Shown: positions 17,320-27,116, counted from the stretch's first letter. The stretch: DNA of 64,000 nt from Candidatus Coproplasma sp. (GCA_051884055.1 JBJEUX010000025.1:17250-81249); one strand, 5' to 3'. Notes: generated by a model not told the origin, from the sequence alone. Numbers and translations: made by a program.

Positions 17320-19452
17320 TTAATTATTGGTTCTGTATACGTCTATTATTCTGTTGTCTTTTTTGAGATGATTGATTAAAAGGTCTATATCCGAGCGCTT
17401 GTTGAGCTTTACGTTTATATCGAACACAGCCCTCTTCTCTTTATCCACTCTGCCGTTAATCTGGGTCATAGAGAGCTGCATCTGCGAAATTTCGGAGGTG
17501 ATGAAGGCTATTACGCCGCCCTCGTCGGTAGCAATAATCTTTATGCCCGCAACGAAGCCCTTTTCGGTTTCGCCCGTCCATTCCGCAGGCTGAATTCTGC
17601 CGTCGTCCATGTCCTTGACGTTGGGACAGTCCTTGCGGTGAATAATTACGCCTCTTCCGCGGGATACGAAGCCAACTATAGGGTCGCCGGGTACGGGGTT
17701 GCAGCAGTGCGCAAACTTGACTAAAAGTCCGTTCATACCCTTTACCGTTACGCTTCCTGCAGGGGTATGCCTGAGCTTTTCAGCCTCGATCTGACCCATT
17801 GGCTTGGGTATTTCCTTCTTATAGTAGTCTATAAGCTTGAAAATTACCTGATTGATGCTGACCGCGCCGTAGCCTATCGAAGCCATCATTTCGTCCACGG
17901 AATCGAACACCAGCTTTTGCGAAAGCTTTTTAAAGGACTCGTCGGTGAGGAGGTCGGAGAGCGCATATCCGCGCCTCTTTGCCTCGGCTTCGAGCATGGC
18001 TCTGCCCGTCTTGGCGTTGTCCTCCTTCATTACCTTTTTGAAGAACTGCCTTATCTTTGCCTTTGCGGAACCCGATTTTACAAACTTGAGCCAGTCCCAA
18101 GAAGGTCCCTTGGAGGTCGAAGAAGTGATAATTTCAACCACGTCGCCCGTCTTTAATACGGAGTTGAGCTGAACCATCTTGCCGTTGACCTTGGCGCCCA
18201 CGCATTTGTTGCCGACTTCGGAGTGAATGGCGTACGCAAAGTCCACAGGGGTCGCCTCAAGCGGAAGCGACTTGACCTTGCCCTGCGGCGTGAATACCAG
18301 AAGCTCGTTGGAATAGAGGTCGTTTTTCAGGCTGTCTACAAACTCCTTGGAGTCGTTTAAGCTGCCCTGCCAGTCCATTACGTCGCGGATCCAGCTCAGT
18401 CTCTGGTCGAAGTTGTTTTCGCCCGTCTTATGTTCCTTATACTTCCAATGCGCCGCGATGCCGTATTCAGCCATACGGTGCATTTCGAAGGTTCTTATCT
18501 GAATTTCAAAGTACTGACCGAAGTTGGTAACGACGGTAGTGTGCAGGGACTGATACATATTGCGCTTGGGCGTTGCTATATAGTCCTTGATTCTGCCGGG
18601 AACGGGCTTCCACTGCTTGTGAATGATGCCCAGAACCTCGTAACATTCTTCGGTTGTGTTTACAATAACGCGCACGGCGGTAAGATCGTAAATCTGGTCA
18701 AGGGTCAGCCCCTTGTTCTTCATCTTTTTATAGATTGAGTAGAAGTGCTTGGGTCTGCCGAACACCTCGCCGTTTATGTTGTTTTCGCGCAGCATAGTCT
18801 GCAACTGCGAGACGACGAAATCGACGAAGTTGCGCCTTTCCTGCAAGCGCTGGTGAATGTTGGCGGTAAGATATTCGTATGCTTCGGGATCGAGATACTT
18901 CAAGCACAAATCCTCCAGCTCGCACTTGATCTGCGAAATACCCAGTCTGCCTGCAAGCGGAGTGAAAATTTCAAGCGTCTCCTTGGCGATACGCTGCTGA
19001 CGCTCGTTGGAAAGGAAGTTTAAAGAGCGCATATTGTGCAGCCTGTCGGCAAGCTTTATGATGATGACGCGCACGTCGTTTGCCATCGCCACGAAAATCT
19101 TTCTGAAATTTTCCGCGTCCTCTTCCTCGTGCGACTGAAAACGTATCTTGTCCAGCTTGGTGACGCCGTCCACAAGCGTGAGGATTTCGTCGCCGAACAG
19201 CTTTTTAATGTCGCTCTGCGTGGCAGGCGTGTCCTCTATTACGTCGTGCAGAAACGCAGCCGCAACCGTGGGAGCGTCCAGACCTAAATCCACCAGAATT
19301 TCCGCAACAGAACAGGGGTGAGTAAAGTAAGGCTCACCCGACGCACGCTTCTGGTCCTTGTGCATTTCCTCCGAATAGTGATAAGCTCTTAACAAAAGCT
19401 CCTTGTCGTCCTCGGAATATATTTCGTTAATTTTATCTAAAACCGTTTTCAT
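17320..19452 (-). CDS. relA: Bifunctional (p)ppGpp synthetase/hydrolase (RelA/SpoT homologue)
   Basis: 710 aa with HD hydrolase (HDVIEDT), synthetase, TGS and ACT regions. Confidence 0.95.
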   Translation of the reverse strand: MKTVLDKINEIYSEDDKELLLRAYHYSEEMHKDQKRASGEPYFTHPCSVAEILVDLGLDAPTVAAAFLHDVIEDTPATQSDIKKLFGDEILTLVDGVTKLDKIRFQSHEEEDAENFRKIFVAMANDVRVIIIKLADRLHNMRSLNFLSNERQQRIAKETLEIFTPLAGRLGISQIKCELEDLCLKYLDPEAYEYLTANIHQRLQERRNFVDFVVSQLQTMLRENNINGEVFGRPKHFYSIYKKMKNKGLTLDQIYDLTAVRVIVNTTEECYEVLGIIHKQWKPVPGRIKDYIATPKRNMYQSLHTTVVTNFGQYFEIQIRTFEMHRMAEYGIAAHWKYKEHKTGENNFDQRLSWIRDVMDWQGSLNDSKEFVDSLKNDLYSNELLVFTPQGKVKSLPLEATPVDFAYAIHSEVGNKCVGAKVNGKMVQLNSVLKTGDVVEIITSSTSKGPSWDWLKFVKSGSAKAKIRQFFKKVMKEDNAKTGRAMLEAEAKRRGYALSDLLTDESFKKLSQKLVFDSVDEMMASIGYGAVSINQVIFKLIDYYKKEIPKPMGQIEAEKLRHTPAGSVTVKGMNGLLVKFAHCCNPVPGDPIVGFVSRGRGVIIHRKDCPNVKDMDDGRIQPAEWTGETEKGFVAGIKIIATDEGGVIAFITSEISQMQLSMTQINGRVDKEKRAVFDINVKLNKRSDIDLLINHLKKDNRIIDVYRTNN

Positions 19453-19482
19453 ATTCTTTTCAAGTTACGCATGCAAGCGTTC

Positions 19483-21786
19483 TCAGTTCAGATTACCTAT
19501 CAGATTATACAGGGGCGAAAGGGCTAAATCGGTCTTAACGCCCCGGTAAACGGTGAGTTTTCCGTTTTTAAACGATATAAGATTCAACTGTTCGAAAACT
19601 TTCAGCGCAAACAGCGCCTGCACGGGCGATACGCTGAACGGGTTCTTTTCGGCAACCTCCTCCGCCGTTGCTCCGTCAAGATTGAACGCGTTAGAAGAGA
19701 TTTCCCTGAACACGGAAAGGAGAGAAACTCTGTCGCAGGAAAGGGTTTTAAGCGACTCGGCTCCGTCAATCTCCCTGCAGACGCGCACCGTCTTGCCGCT
19801 GAGCGCAGGCAAGGTTAAGCTTGCCGGATTGTCCAACCAGATTACCCTGCTGAAGCCCGATATATCGCAGTCCGCCTGCGGCGACACGAGAACGACGTTT
19901 GCAAGGCTTCTGGACGAGAGCGTGAACATGTTCACGTCGAGAGAATTTATCCCCTTATACCTGGAAAGCGTGGAGAATTCCTCGGCGATAAACACCGTTC
20001 CGTACTCGGTTTCGCCTGAAATCTTCTCGATTTCGTCAACCGTAATGGGCTGGACTTCACATTCGACGGGTTCAAGCGAGGCAACCGAGAGGTTGTTCAT
20101 AGTTATCTCGGAAAGGGCAAACGCTCCGCTCTCCTTATAATATATGACGTCGCGGATAAAGCCCTTGACGTACTCGCGACCCTTGAACGTGGATACGTTA
20201 TACTCAAACACGAATTTTTTGGGAATGGGGCTCTTTATGACCTTTTCAAACCTCGAACCCGAAAAATACATGAGCTCGATTTGCGGACACTTGACCGAAA
20301 GATGGGGTGAAAGCGCCTTTACGGGTCTGGTCTGGCACGCGCCGACCGACAGAGAAAAGAGAGGTCTTTTGAAGCCTACTCCGTAAGGTTCAAGCAGGTC
20401 AAGCTCGCGAGCGAACTTGGCTGATGCCGGTCCCGTCAACTCTCCGCAGGTATACAGCGTGGGAGTGAACGCGCCCTGAGGGTAGCGCTCGTGAAGAAAG
20501 GCGTTCAGCGCCTCCTCTAAGAGAGGGAAGTTTTCTTCGGTGATGTTTACGCCCGCCGCCTGGGAGTGACCGCCGAACTCGGCAATCAGGTTCTCACAAT
20601 TCTTCAACGCTTCGAATATGTTTACCGACTCTACGCTGCGCGCGGAGCCCTTCAACATATCCCCGTTCTTGACGAACAGTAGCGCGGGGCGGGAATATTC
20701 TTCGGCAAGTCTTGCGGCGACAATGCCCACGAAACCTGCGTTCCAGCTTTCGTCCCAGAGCATTATTACGCGACCGCCGCCACCCTTCTGGTTGAGCTTG
20801 CGCTTTGCCGAAAGGTACAGCTCGTCGCAACATTTCTGGCGCTCGGTATTATAGGCGGAAAGCTGAACGGAGAGATCGAAAATCGCCTTTTCGTCCTCTT
20901 CGCAAAACAGCCTTAACGCGGCGTTAGCGTCGCCCATTCTGCCGGCGGCGTTGATCTTGGGCGCGATTGAAAACGCGAGAGATTGCGCGGTTACCGCCTC
21001 TCCCGATTTATTCAAAAAACCTGCGTACGCCTTTTTGGGAGTTTTGTTGATTATTTTAAGACCTTCGGCTACGATGTCGCGGTTTTCGCCCCAGAGGGGA
21101 ACGCTGTCCGCAACGGTGGCTATCGCCGCATAGTCGAGATACTTGTACGCGTCGGTACCGTTTAAGGCGCAGCCGACCTTGAACGCAACGCCTGCTCCGC
21201 AGAGGTTGTCGTAGGGGTAGCCGTCGTTGAACTTGGGGTTCACGCAGATGCAGTCGGGAAGTTTCCCGGGCAACTCGTGGTGGTCGGTTACGATTACCTC
21301 GGCGCCCTGTTCCTTGATGTAGTCCACCTCTTCGGCGTTGGATATGCCGCAGTCAACCGTGATGAAGAGCTGCGGGAAGTATTCTTCGAAAATCTCGTCT
21401 ATCGCCGCCACGTTGAGTCCGTAGCCGTTGCGGCGTTCGGGAACGTATACTATAGGCTCTATGCCGAAATCCTTTAATACTCCGCGCATAATCGACGAAG
21501 CGCATACGCCGTCGGCGTCGTAGTCGCCGTATACAACTACTACCCAGTCCTCCTCTTTTGCACGGGTGATAAGCTCTACAGCCTCCTTCATTCCGCTCAT
21601 CTTGAAGGGCGAAATGAAGTTGGACTTGGACGGATGAAGGAAACGCTTTATCTTCTCCTCGTCGTCCACGCCTCTGCCGTACAGAATTTTTACCGTATCC
21701 GAACACAGCCCCGTGCTACGCGCGAGAGATTCGATAATATTAAGTTGTTCGGGCGAAAATTCGCATTCGGGTAAAATTCTTTTCAT
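19483..21786 (-). CDS. recJ: Single-stranded-DNA-specific exonuclease RecJ
   Basis: 767 aa with DHH/DHHA1 motifs (DYDADG, VTDHH, GGHSQAAG). Confidence 0.93.
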   Translation of the reverse strand: MKRILPECEFSPEQLNIIESLARSTGLCSDTVKILYGRGVDDEEKIKRFLHPSKSNFISPFKMSGMKEAVELITRAKEEDWVVVVYGDYDADGVCASSIMRGVLKDFGIEPIVYVPERRNGYGLNVAAIDEIFEEYFPQLFITVDCGISNAEEVDYIKEQGAEVIVTDHHELPGKLPDCICVNPKFNDGYPYDNLCGAGVAFKVGCALNGTDAYKYLDYAAIATVADSVPLWGENRDIVAEGLKIINKTPKKAYAGFLNKSGEAVTAQSLAFSIAPKINAAGRMGDANAALRLFCEEDEKAIFDLSVQLSAYNTERQKCCDELYLSAKRKLNQKGGGGRVIMLWDESWNAGFVGIVAARLAEEYSRPALLFVKNGDMLKGSARSVESVNIFEALKNCENLIAEFGGHSQAAGVNITEENFPLLEEALNAFLHERYPQGAFTPTLYTCGELTGPASAKFARELDLLEPYGVGFKRPLFSLSVGACQTRPVKALSPHLSVKCPQIELMYFSGSRFEKVIKSPIPKKFVFEYNVSTFKGREYVKGFIRDVIYYKESGAFALSEITMNNLSVASLEPVECEVQPITVDEIEKISGETEYGTVFIAEEFSTLSRYKGINSLDVNMFTLSSRSLANVVLVSPQADCDISGFSRVIWLDNPASLTLPALSGKTVRVCREIDGAESLKTLSCDRVSLLSVFREISSNAFNLDGATAEEVAEKNPFSVSPVQALFALKVFEQLNLISFKNGKLTVYRGVKTDLALSPLYNLIGNLN

Positions 21787-21938
21787 TCTTATCTTTTTAT
21801 TCTTATCTGCAAAATCTGTAAAACCGGATTATTATTACCTTAGTGATAAAACTTTTAACGCTTGGGTGGAATCGAGCGCAAACGCGCTCTTGAATTTCCG
21901 CGCGGATTGGTTGAACGCAGAAATTTTGTTTTTTGGTG

Positions 21939-21970
21939 TAAAAAGGGCGGGATATTACGCTATCCCGCCC
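21939..21970 (-). terminator. secDF terminator
   Basis: Hairpin agggcgggat/atcccgccct followed by TTTTT on the minus strand, 14 nt after the secF stop. Confidence 0.8.
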
Positions 21971-21983
21971 TATCGTACTGACT

Positions 21984-22919
21984 TTATGCCTTTTTGTCCA
22001 ATTTGGAAATACCGCCGTAAAGCGCGGGAGTAAAAATCGAGTAACCGTACCAGCATGCAAGAACGGAAATTAATGCAGCCGCGTAGGGAACGAGCGAAGA
22101 AATCGCGGGATTTGCAATTATTGCAAATATTGCCGCTATAACGCAAACTACTGCCACCGCCGAGCAAATGAACGCGCCCGTCTTGTAGCTTTCGTGAGCC
22201 GCCGTATCGGAGAGCTCCTTTATGCTTACCTTTGCGTTAGCTTCTTCCTTGAGAGCCTTTTTGATTTTATCGAAATAAACTCCTGAAGTTATTGCGGTTA
22301 CTATAAATATCACTGCCGCGAAAGCAACGCATTCAAGTCCTATGGGAACGCGTGTGAGCGCAAGGAGCGCTGCGTAGATTGCAAGGTTATGAACCTGCGA
22401 TAAAAGCGCCGTTAACGCCATGCCCCACTTGTAGCGCAGACCGAAGTAAATTGCCTGGAAAGCAATGCCCGATGCAAGCGCAATCGACGCATAGATTGCA
22501 ACCTTGGCGCCGCCCACCGTCGTTACGCCCTCGTGAAGAGTCGCTACGCTGTCGATGAGTCCGCTGTCGGAAAGCGCCGTATTGATGCTTTCAGTCGCCT
22601 GTCTGAGCGAATCGGTTGAGGTGGAAGATACAAACTTATAAATAAATTCGTTGCTCACCGAACCTTCGTCGGAAAAGCTGTATTCATAGTAGCCGATGCC
22701 CGAGAGCGCGTTCTGGGTAATTTCCTTTACCTTAGAACCGTCTGCGTCCTCCGCTACCGAACAGGTGATTACTATGCTCTTATAGTCGGAATACTCTCCG
22801 CCGAAGTTGAAGAAACCGCCTGCAAGGAAATGACAAACCGTACCGACTGCCATGCCTATCGCCACTATCACGACGCTGATTATTACAAAAAGATGAGTCT
22901 TTGAAGAAAGCTTAGTCAT
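21984..22919 (-). CDS. secF: Protein translocase subunit SecF
   Basis: 311 aa polytopic protein. Overlaps the secD stop by 8 nt. Confidence 0.9.
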   Translation of the reverse strand: MTKLSSKTHLFVIISVVIVAIGMAVGTVCHFLAGGFFNFGGEYSDYKSIVITCSVAEDADGSKVKEITQNALSGIGYYEYSFSDEGSVSNEFIYKFVSSTSTDSLRQATESINTALSDSGLIDSVATLHEGVTTVGGAKVAIYASIALASGIAFQAIYFGLRYKWGMALTALLSQVHNLAIYAALLALTRVPIGLECVAFAAVIFIVTAITSGVYFDKIKKALKEEANAKVSIKELSDTAAHESYKTGAFICSAVAVVCVIAAIFAIIANPAISSLVPYAAALISVLACWYGYSIFTPALYGGISKLDKKA

Positions 22920-24447
22920 CGCCGTACACCTCCCTCTTGAATCCGCCGAAGCCGAACTTATCCTTTTGAGGCGCGCTGCAAACGTACCACATTAATCTGG
23001 TGAACCAATACATAACGTAGGAAGCAAGCACTGCGATTACGGAGATGAGTCCGCAAGCTGCAACTTCGCCTACTGCAACGAACGCACAGATGATTGACGC
23101 AACCATAAGAACGATATGAATATCCGCTACGGTCATAAGCGTGCGCTTGTATGCCGCCTTTACCGACGCCTGCATGGTCTTACCTCTCTTGCACTGGCTG
23201 CGGACTTCTTCGAATACGATTACGTTCGTAGCGCACAGGAGAATTAATCCTGCAAACGCCGTCAACAGCACCGCAAAGGTGAGCTGAATTTCCAGAAGGT
23301 ACAACGCATAGAGCATTGCAAGGGCAAAGATTGCTATAGGAATACAGGTTACCGCGCCGAGCTTTTTATACTTCAATACAGCCGCTACCATAAATGCAAC
23401 GACGATTATTATGCTTGCAACGAATATGAGCAGAGCCGCGTTTTCGCCTGCCGTAGCAGTGGACGAAAGAACGGTTTCAACGTCGTTATACTTTACCGAA
23501 AGCGCATTGCCGTGAACCGCGGAATTGAGAGCTATTGCCGTATTCTGCGCGAGCTGTGCGTCGTTTGCGGTAAACTGAAGCTTGTCCGAATTGATGGTCG
23601 AATCGCAGGTTACCGAAAGCATAAGCGTATCGCCGAGGAAGAAATACAGAACCTGACTCGACGACGATGCAACCAATGTGGTTATGTCGCGGATTCTCTC
23701 CTGACCGAGCTCGGTAAGGTCAAAGCTTATTGCCGTCGTCGTACCTATGGTGAAGGTGGAAACCGATTTGAAGAAATCGTTTACGTCCTCGGTTACTTTG
23801 GTGAGAGAATAGGTCTTCTCGCCGCTTGACGTGAGAGCGGTATCGGTGTATTCGTCGATTCTGTTACGGTGAGTAGTGCTGCTGTCGTCGGAAGTGGTTA
23901 TGGTTAAATCCGAGGAACGCAGGGTGAATCTGCCGTCTGCAGTGATATAGCTTAAAGCGCTAGTTGCCGCCGAAAGCGCGTTGGAGCGCGTGGTGGAATT
24001 GTTGCCCTTATAAGCTGCGTACGAATAGTTGGTGGGGATGCTGACCTTTATGGTTATTCCGTCCTCAACGGATACGGAATAGCTTGAAAGTCCTTTTTCA
24101 GAAAATCTTCCGCTGATAATCTCTGCATCGGACTTTACCGATTCAGAAAGTTCTCCGCGCGCGGTTTCGTCATACTTTTCCGTATCTACGTAAACGCCGC
24201 CGTAGGAGACGTAACCGCCCTTATCTTCTTCACTGAGATAACCGTATTCCTCTGCGGAGATTACTCCTTCGGGATAGAGCGTCGTGTACGCGTTGCCCGA
24301 AAGGTCTGCGCCGAGATAGATGCTTGAAGCAATGGAATTGTATCTTTGCGTACCGCCGTAGTTGAAAGATACCGTTCCGAATACTGCCGCAACAATAATT
24401 ACGATTACCGTGAGCGAAGTTATTATAGCCGATTTTACTTTGCTCAT
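22912..24447 (-). CDS. secD: Protein translocase subunit SecD
   Basis: ORF 22912..24486 trimmed to the ATG at 24447, which has an AAGGAG RBS. Has a large periplasmic loop and a C-terminal 6-TM domain. Confidence 0.9.
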   Translation of the reverse strand: MSKVKSAIITSLTVIVIIVAAVFGTVSFNYGGTQRYNSIASSIYLGADLSGNAYTTLYPEGVISAEEYGYLSEEDKGGYVSYGGVYVDTEKYDETARGELSESVKSDAEIISGRFSEKGLSSYSVSVEDGITIKVSIPTNYSYAAYKGNNSTTRSNALSAATSALSYITADGRFTLRSSDLTITTSDDSSTTHRNRIDEYTDTALTSSGEKTYSLTKVTEDVNDFFKSVSTFTIGTTTAISFDLTELGQERIRDITTLVASSSSQVLYFFLGDTLMLSVTCDSTINSDKLQFTANDAQLAQNTAIALNSAVHGNALSVKYNDVETVLSSTATAGENAALLIFVASIIIVVAFMVAAVLKYKKLGAVTCIPIAIFALAMLYALYLLEIQLTFAVLLTAFAGLILLCATNVIVFEEVRSQCKRGKTMQASVKAAYKRTLMTVADIHIVLMVASIICAFVAVGEVAACGLISVIAVLASYVMYWFTRLMWYVCSAPQKDKFGFGGFKREVYGDD

Positions 24448-24488
24448 TTGAAACTCCTTAAAGTTATGCCTACATTTATTACCCAATT

Positions 24489-24517
24489 ATTATAAAGTAA
24501 AATAGCTTTTCCGTCAA
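24489..24517 (-). promoter_or_regulatory. Sigma-A-type promoter of secDF (TTGACG-17-TATAAT)
   Basis: Minus-strand -35 at 24512-24517 and -10 at 24489-24494. Confidence 0.65.
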
Positions 24518-24596
24518 ACGAATATCGCTCTCTTACTGAAAAAAATTGACATTTTGTGATTTTTGACCCGTCTGAACTGGTCGGAAGGGAAGCTGT

Positions 24597-25922
24597 TTAA
24601 GCCTTGGAAGCCTTTTTTACGGCGAGAACGTGCATTGCGCACTCCACGCGCTTTTTCATCATTTCGCAGGTGATTTCGTAAGGCGTGTCGATATTGCCCG
24701 TAAAGTGATAGTTGTTTGCGCTGCAACCGCCGCTGCAAATAAATTTCGCAAAACAGTCCTGACACATTTCGCGCGTGAAAAGACAGGACGAAGCGAACTT
24801 GTCGCGAATGGTGCTATCCACCTTTCCTTCGTACACGTTGCCCATTAAAAACTTGGGGTCGCCTGCAAACTGGTGACAGGGATAGATATCGCCGTTGGGA
24901 ACAACCGAAAAGTATTCGTTGCCCGCGCCGCACGCCGACACGCGCTTTGAAAGGCAGGGTCCGCCCTCCAGATCGACGTTGAAATGGAAGAAATTGAACC
25001 CCTCGCCCTTTTCGTACTTTTCAAGATACTTATCGCAGAGATTTTCGTACTCCGCCTTGATTGCAGGAAGATGTTCGGGCTTGATTGCAAGATCGTCGAT
25101 TTCGGTTACGACGGGCTCCATTGAGATGCTGTCGAAGCCCTGCTCGGCAAGGAAAATTACGTCCTTTGAAAAGTCAAGATTTTTAGCAGTGAACGTTCCA
25201 CGGACGTAGTAACTCTTGTCCCCTCTGCTCTTCACAAACCTCTTGATTTTGTCTATTACGACGTCGAAGCTGCCCTTGCCGTTCACCGTCTTGCGGATTG
25301 CGTCGTGCACTTCCTTTCTTCCGTCGAGGGATAAAACTACGTTTTCCATTTCGGCGTTGAAGAACTCAATCGCGTCGTCGTCCAATAAAAGCGCGTTGGT
25401 CGTGGTCGTAAACAGGAACTTTTTGCCGCGCTCCGCCGCCCTCTCTTTTGCGTAGTAAACTACGTTTTTAATTGTCTGAAGGCACATCAAAGGCTCGCCG
25501 CCGAAGAAGTCGACTTCCAGGACCTTGCGGTTGCCGCTGTTTTCAATGAGGAAGTCTATCGCCTTTTTAGCCGTCTCTTCGCTCATAAACTCGCGTGCGG
25601 AATGATATGCGCCCTCGTCGGCAAAACAATAACGGCAACGCAGATTGCAGTCGTGACAGATGTGAATACACAGCGCCTTGATCTCGTTCGATTTCATAGG
25701 ATAGGACTTGACCTCTTCCTTGTTGAGAAGCCCCGCGCTCTCCAGTCCGTATACGTCCGCCTTGATCTGAGCGACGTCCTCTTCGGTGAGGTAGGTCACG
25801 TCTACGTCCTGACCCTCCTGCGCCGCGAGATAATCTGCCGTCTTGTCGTCGCATTCGTGCAGACTGCCGCTGCCCGTATCGTATATATAGTTTATCGATT
25901 TGTATTTAAAAACGTGTATCAT
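24597..25922 (-). CDS. scfB: Radical SAM/SPASM peptide maturase, SCIFF-associated (thioether-forming ScfB type)
   Basis: 441 aa with a CxxxCxxC motif (CNLRCRYC) and a Cys-rich C-terminal SPASM region (CQDCFAKFICSGGC). Lies immediately downstream of a six-Cys precursor gene. Confidence 0.88.
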   Translation of the reverse strand: MIHVFKYKSINYIYDTGSGSLHECDDKTADYLAAQEGQDVDVTYLTEEDVAQIKADVYGLESAGLLNKEEVKSYPMKSNEIKALCIHICHDCNLRCRYCFADEGAYHSAREFMSEETAKKAIDFLIENSGNRKVLEVDFFGGEPLMCLQTIKNVVYYAKERAAERGKKFLFTTTTNALLLDDDAIEFFNAEMENVVLSLDGRKEVHDAIRKTVNGKGSFDVVIDKIKRFVKSRGDKSYYVRGTFTAKNLDFSKDVIFLAEQGFDSISMEPVVTEIDDLAIKPEHLPAIKAEYENLCDKYLEKYEKGEGFNFFHFNVDLEGGPCLSKRVSACGAGNEYFSVVPNGDIYPCHQFAGDPKFLMGNVYEGKVDSTIRDKFASSCLFTREMCQDCFAKFICSGGCSANNYHFTGNIDTPYEITCEMMKKRVECAMHVLAVKKASKA

Positions 25923-25935
25923 AATAACAGTAAAT

Positions 25936-25962
25936 AAGGAGCAGAAGTTTTTTCTGCTCCTT
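25936..25962 (-). terminator. Hairpin between scfA and scfB, a candidate partial terminator/attenuator
   Basis: 11-bp perfect stem aaggagcagaa/ttctgctcctt with a 5-nt loop. The U tract on the minus strand is weak (ATTTAC). Confidence 0.5.
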
Positions 25963-25986
25963 TTATAGCATTTCCGTAATTTTTAA

Positions 25987-26145
25987 TTACTTGGTTTCCT
26001 TATCGGGGTTCTGTTCTCTGGTGATTCTTTCGCAGCTCTGGTTGCCTACGGTGCAGCTGGTCTTGCAAGCGGACTGGCAGGTGCTTCTGCATTCGCCGCA
26101 AGCGGTTACTTTTCTTTCAGCGGGTTTAGCTATTGTCTTTATCAT
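25987..26145 (-). CDS. scfA: SCIFF (six cysteines in forty-five residues) ribosomal peptide precursor
   Basis: Hand translation: MIKTIAKPAERKVTACGECRSTCQSACKTSCTVGNQSCERITREQNPDKETK (52 aa, 6 Cys). AAGGAG lies 9 nt upstream of the ATG. Not in the ORF track because it is under 60 aa. Confidence 0.9.
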   Translation of the reverse strand: MIKTIAKPAERKVTACGECRSTCQSACKTSCTVGNQSCERITREQNPDKETK

Positions 26146-26183
26146 TTTAAAGTTCTCCTTAATTTGCGTTTTGCTTTTTTATT

Positions 26184-26212
26184 ATTATAAAATACGCTTG
26201 ACAAAAAATCAA
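26184..26212 (-). promoter_or_regulatory. Sigma-A-type promoter of scfA (TTGATT-17-TATAAT)
   Basis: Minus-strand -35 at 26207-26212 and -10 at 26184-26189, about 38 nt upstream of the scfA ATG. Confidence 0.65.
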
Positions 26213-26229
26213 GTATTTTGCCGCAATAT

Positions 26230-26595
26230 TTACCTCTTTTTGATATTTACGGCTATTATTCCCGTCACCGCGCCCGCAATACTGCCGATTATAAGCTCCA
26301 ATGCAAACGTCCAGCTTATCGAAAAACTGCCCGCGATTGCGCTGAACAGCAGATAAGTGAGCACAACGCTGACCGCGCCGAGCGCCGCGCCCTTTATAAG
26401 TCCCTTGTCGTCTCTTATAAAGAGCATTCCACCGAAAATTATCGCAAGCACTTTGAAAACCTGGTTTACAGGGCCGATTGCCGAGGTCGGCAGACAGAAA
26501 ATCTGAATAATGAGCGTAAATAACAACGCGTAAACAAGTGCGAAAATTACGGCTGCGCACGCCGCCTTGGCTATCTGAACTATGCTTTTCAACAT
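26230..26595 (-). CDS. Small integral membrane protein (YrzE/TIGR04086-like, from memory)
   Basis: 121 aa with about 4 hydrophobic helices. Lies between yajC and the SCIFF cassette. Confidence 0.6.
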   Translation of the reverse strand: MLKSIVQIAKAACAAVIFALVYALLFTLIIQIFCLPTSAIGPVNQVFKVLAIIFGGMLFIRDDKGLIKGAALGAVSVVLTYLLFSAIAGSFSISWTFALELIIGSIAGAVTGIIAVNIKKR

Positions 26596-26631
26596 AAAAA
26601 ATCCCTCCGCTTACATTAACGTATGCGGAGG
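26596..26631 (-). terminator. Hairpin plus U tract after yajC
   Basis: Stem cctccgc/gcggagg followed by GATTTTTT on the minus strand. It overlaps the RBS of the next gene. Confidence 0.55.
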
Positions 26632-26651
26632 TGTCGGTTTTAAGAACTTAA

Positions 26652-27116
26652 TCAGTCCTTCTTCTCTTCCGTCGTTTCTTCGGAAGATTCTGCGGGCTTC
26701 GCTTCTTCCTGAACTGACTTTGCTTCTTCCTGAGCGGGCTCTTCAACGGATTCGCTCTGCTCTTCGCTTGCAGCCTTCTTGTCGTCTACGACTGCATCGG
26801 TCTGATAGATAGCCTGCTTGTCGAATTTCATATAGCACTTGCCCGAGGACTCGCTGCCGGTTTCAAGCACGAAGGTGCTTTCTTCGTCGTTTACTTCTAC
26901 GACGATGCCGCATACGCCGCCGATGGTCTTGACCTTGTTGCCGGGCTTAACCGAGTTGATGAGCTGTTCTGCCTCCTGCTGACGCTTTTTGTTGCGGCGA
27001 GAGCTTACGACGAACATTACGATAAGCAAAACTACGAGTACGCCGAGCATAACGTAAGTTAACCACTGGCTGTTGCCGCTGGTTGAGGACGATGTTTCCA
27101 ATAAAGAAAGTATCAT
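26652..27116 (-). CDS. yajC: Preprotein translocase subunit YajC with a long acidic C-terminal tail
   Basis: 154 aa with a single TM helix and a YajC core (VKPGNKVKTIGGVCGIVVEV). About 50 aa of Glu/Ala/Ser-rich tail follows. Confidence 0.85.
   Translation of the reverse strand: MILSLLETSSSTSGNSQWLTYVMLGVLVVLLIVMFVVSSRRNKKRQQEAEQLINSVKPGNKVKTIGGVCGIVVEVNDEESTFVLETGSESSGKCYMKFDKQAIYQTDAVVDDKKAASEEQSESVEEPAQEEAKSVQEEAKPAESSEETTEEKKD

Noticed and set aside
21787-21983. Small ORFs at 21713-22033(+) and 21803-22060(-) in the recJ-secF spacer
   Set aside because: The spacer is accounted for by the secDF terminator and the recJ upstream region. The ORFs overlap real genes or the hairpin and show no coding features.
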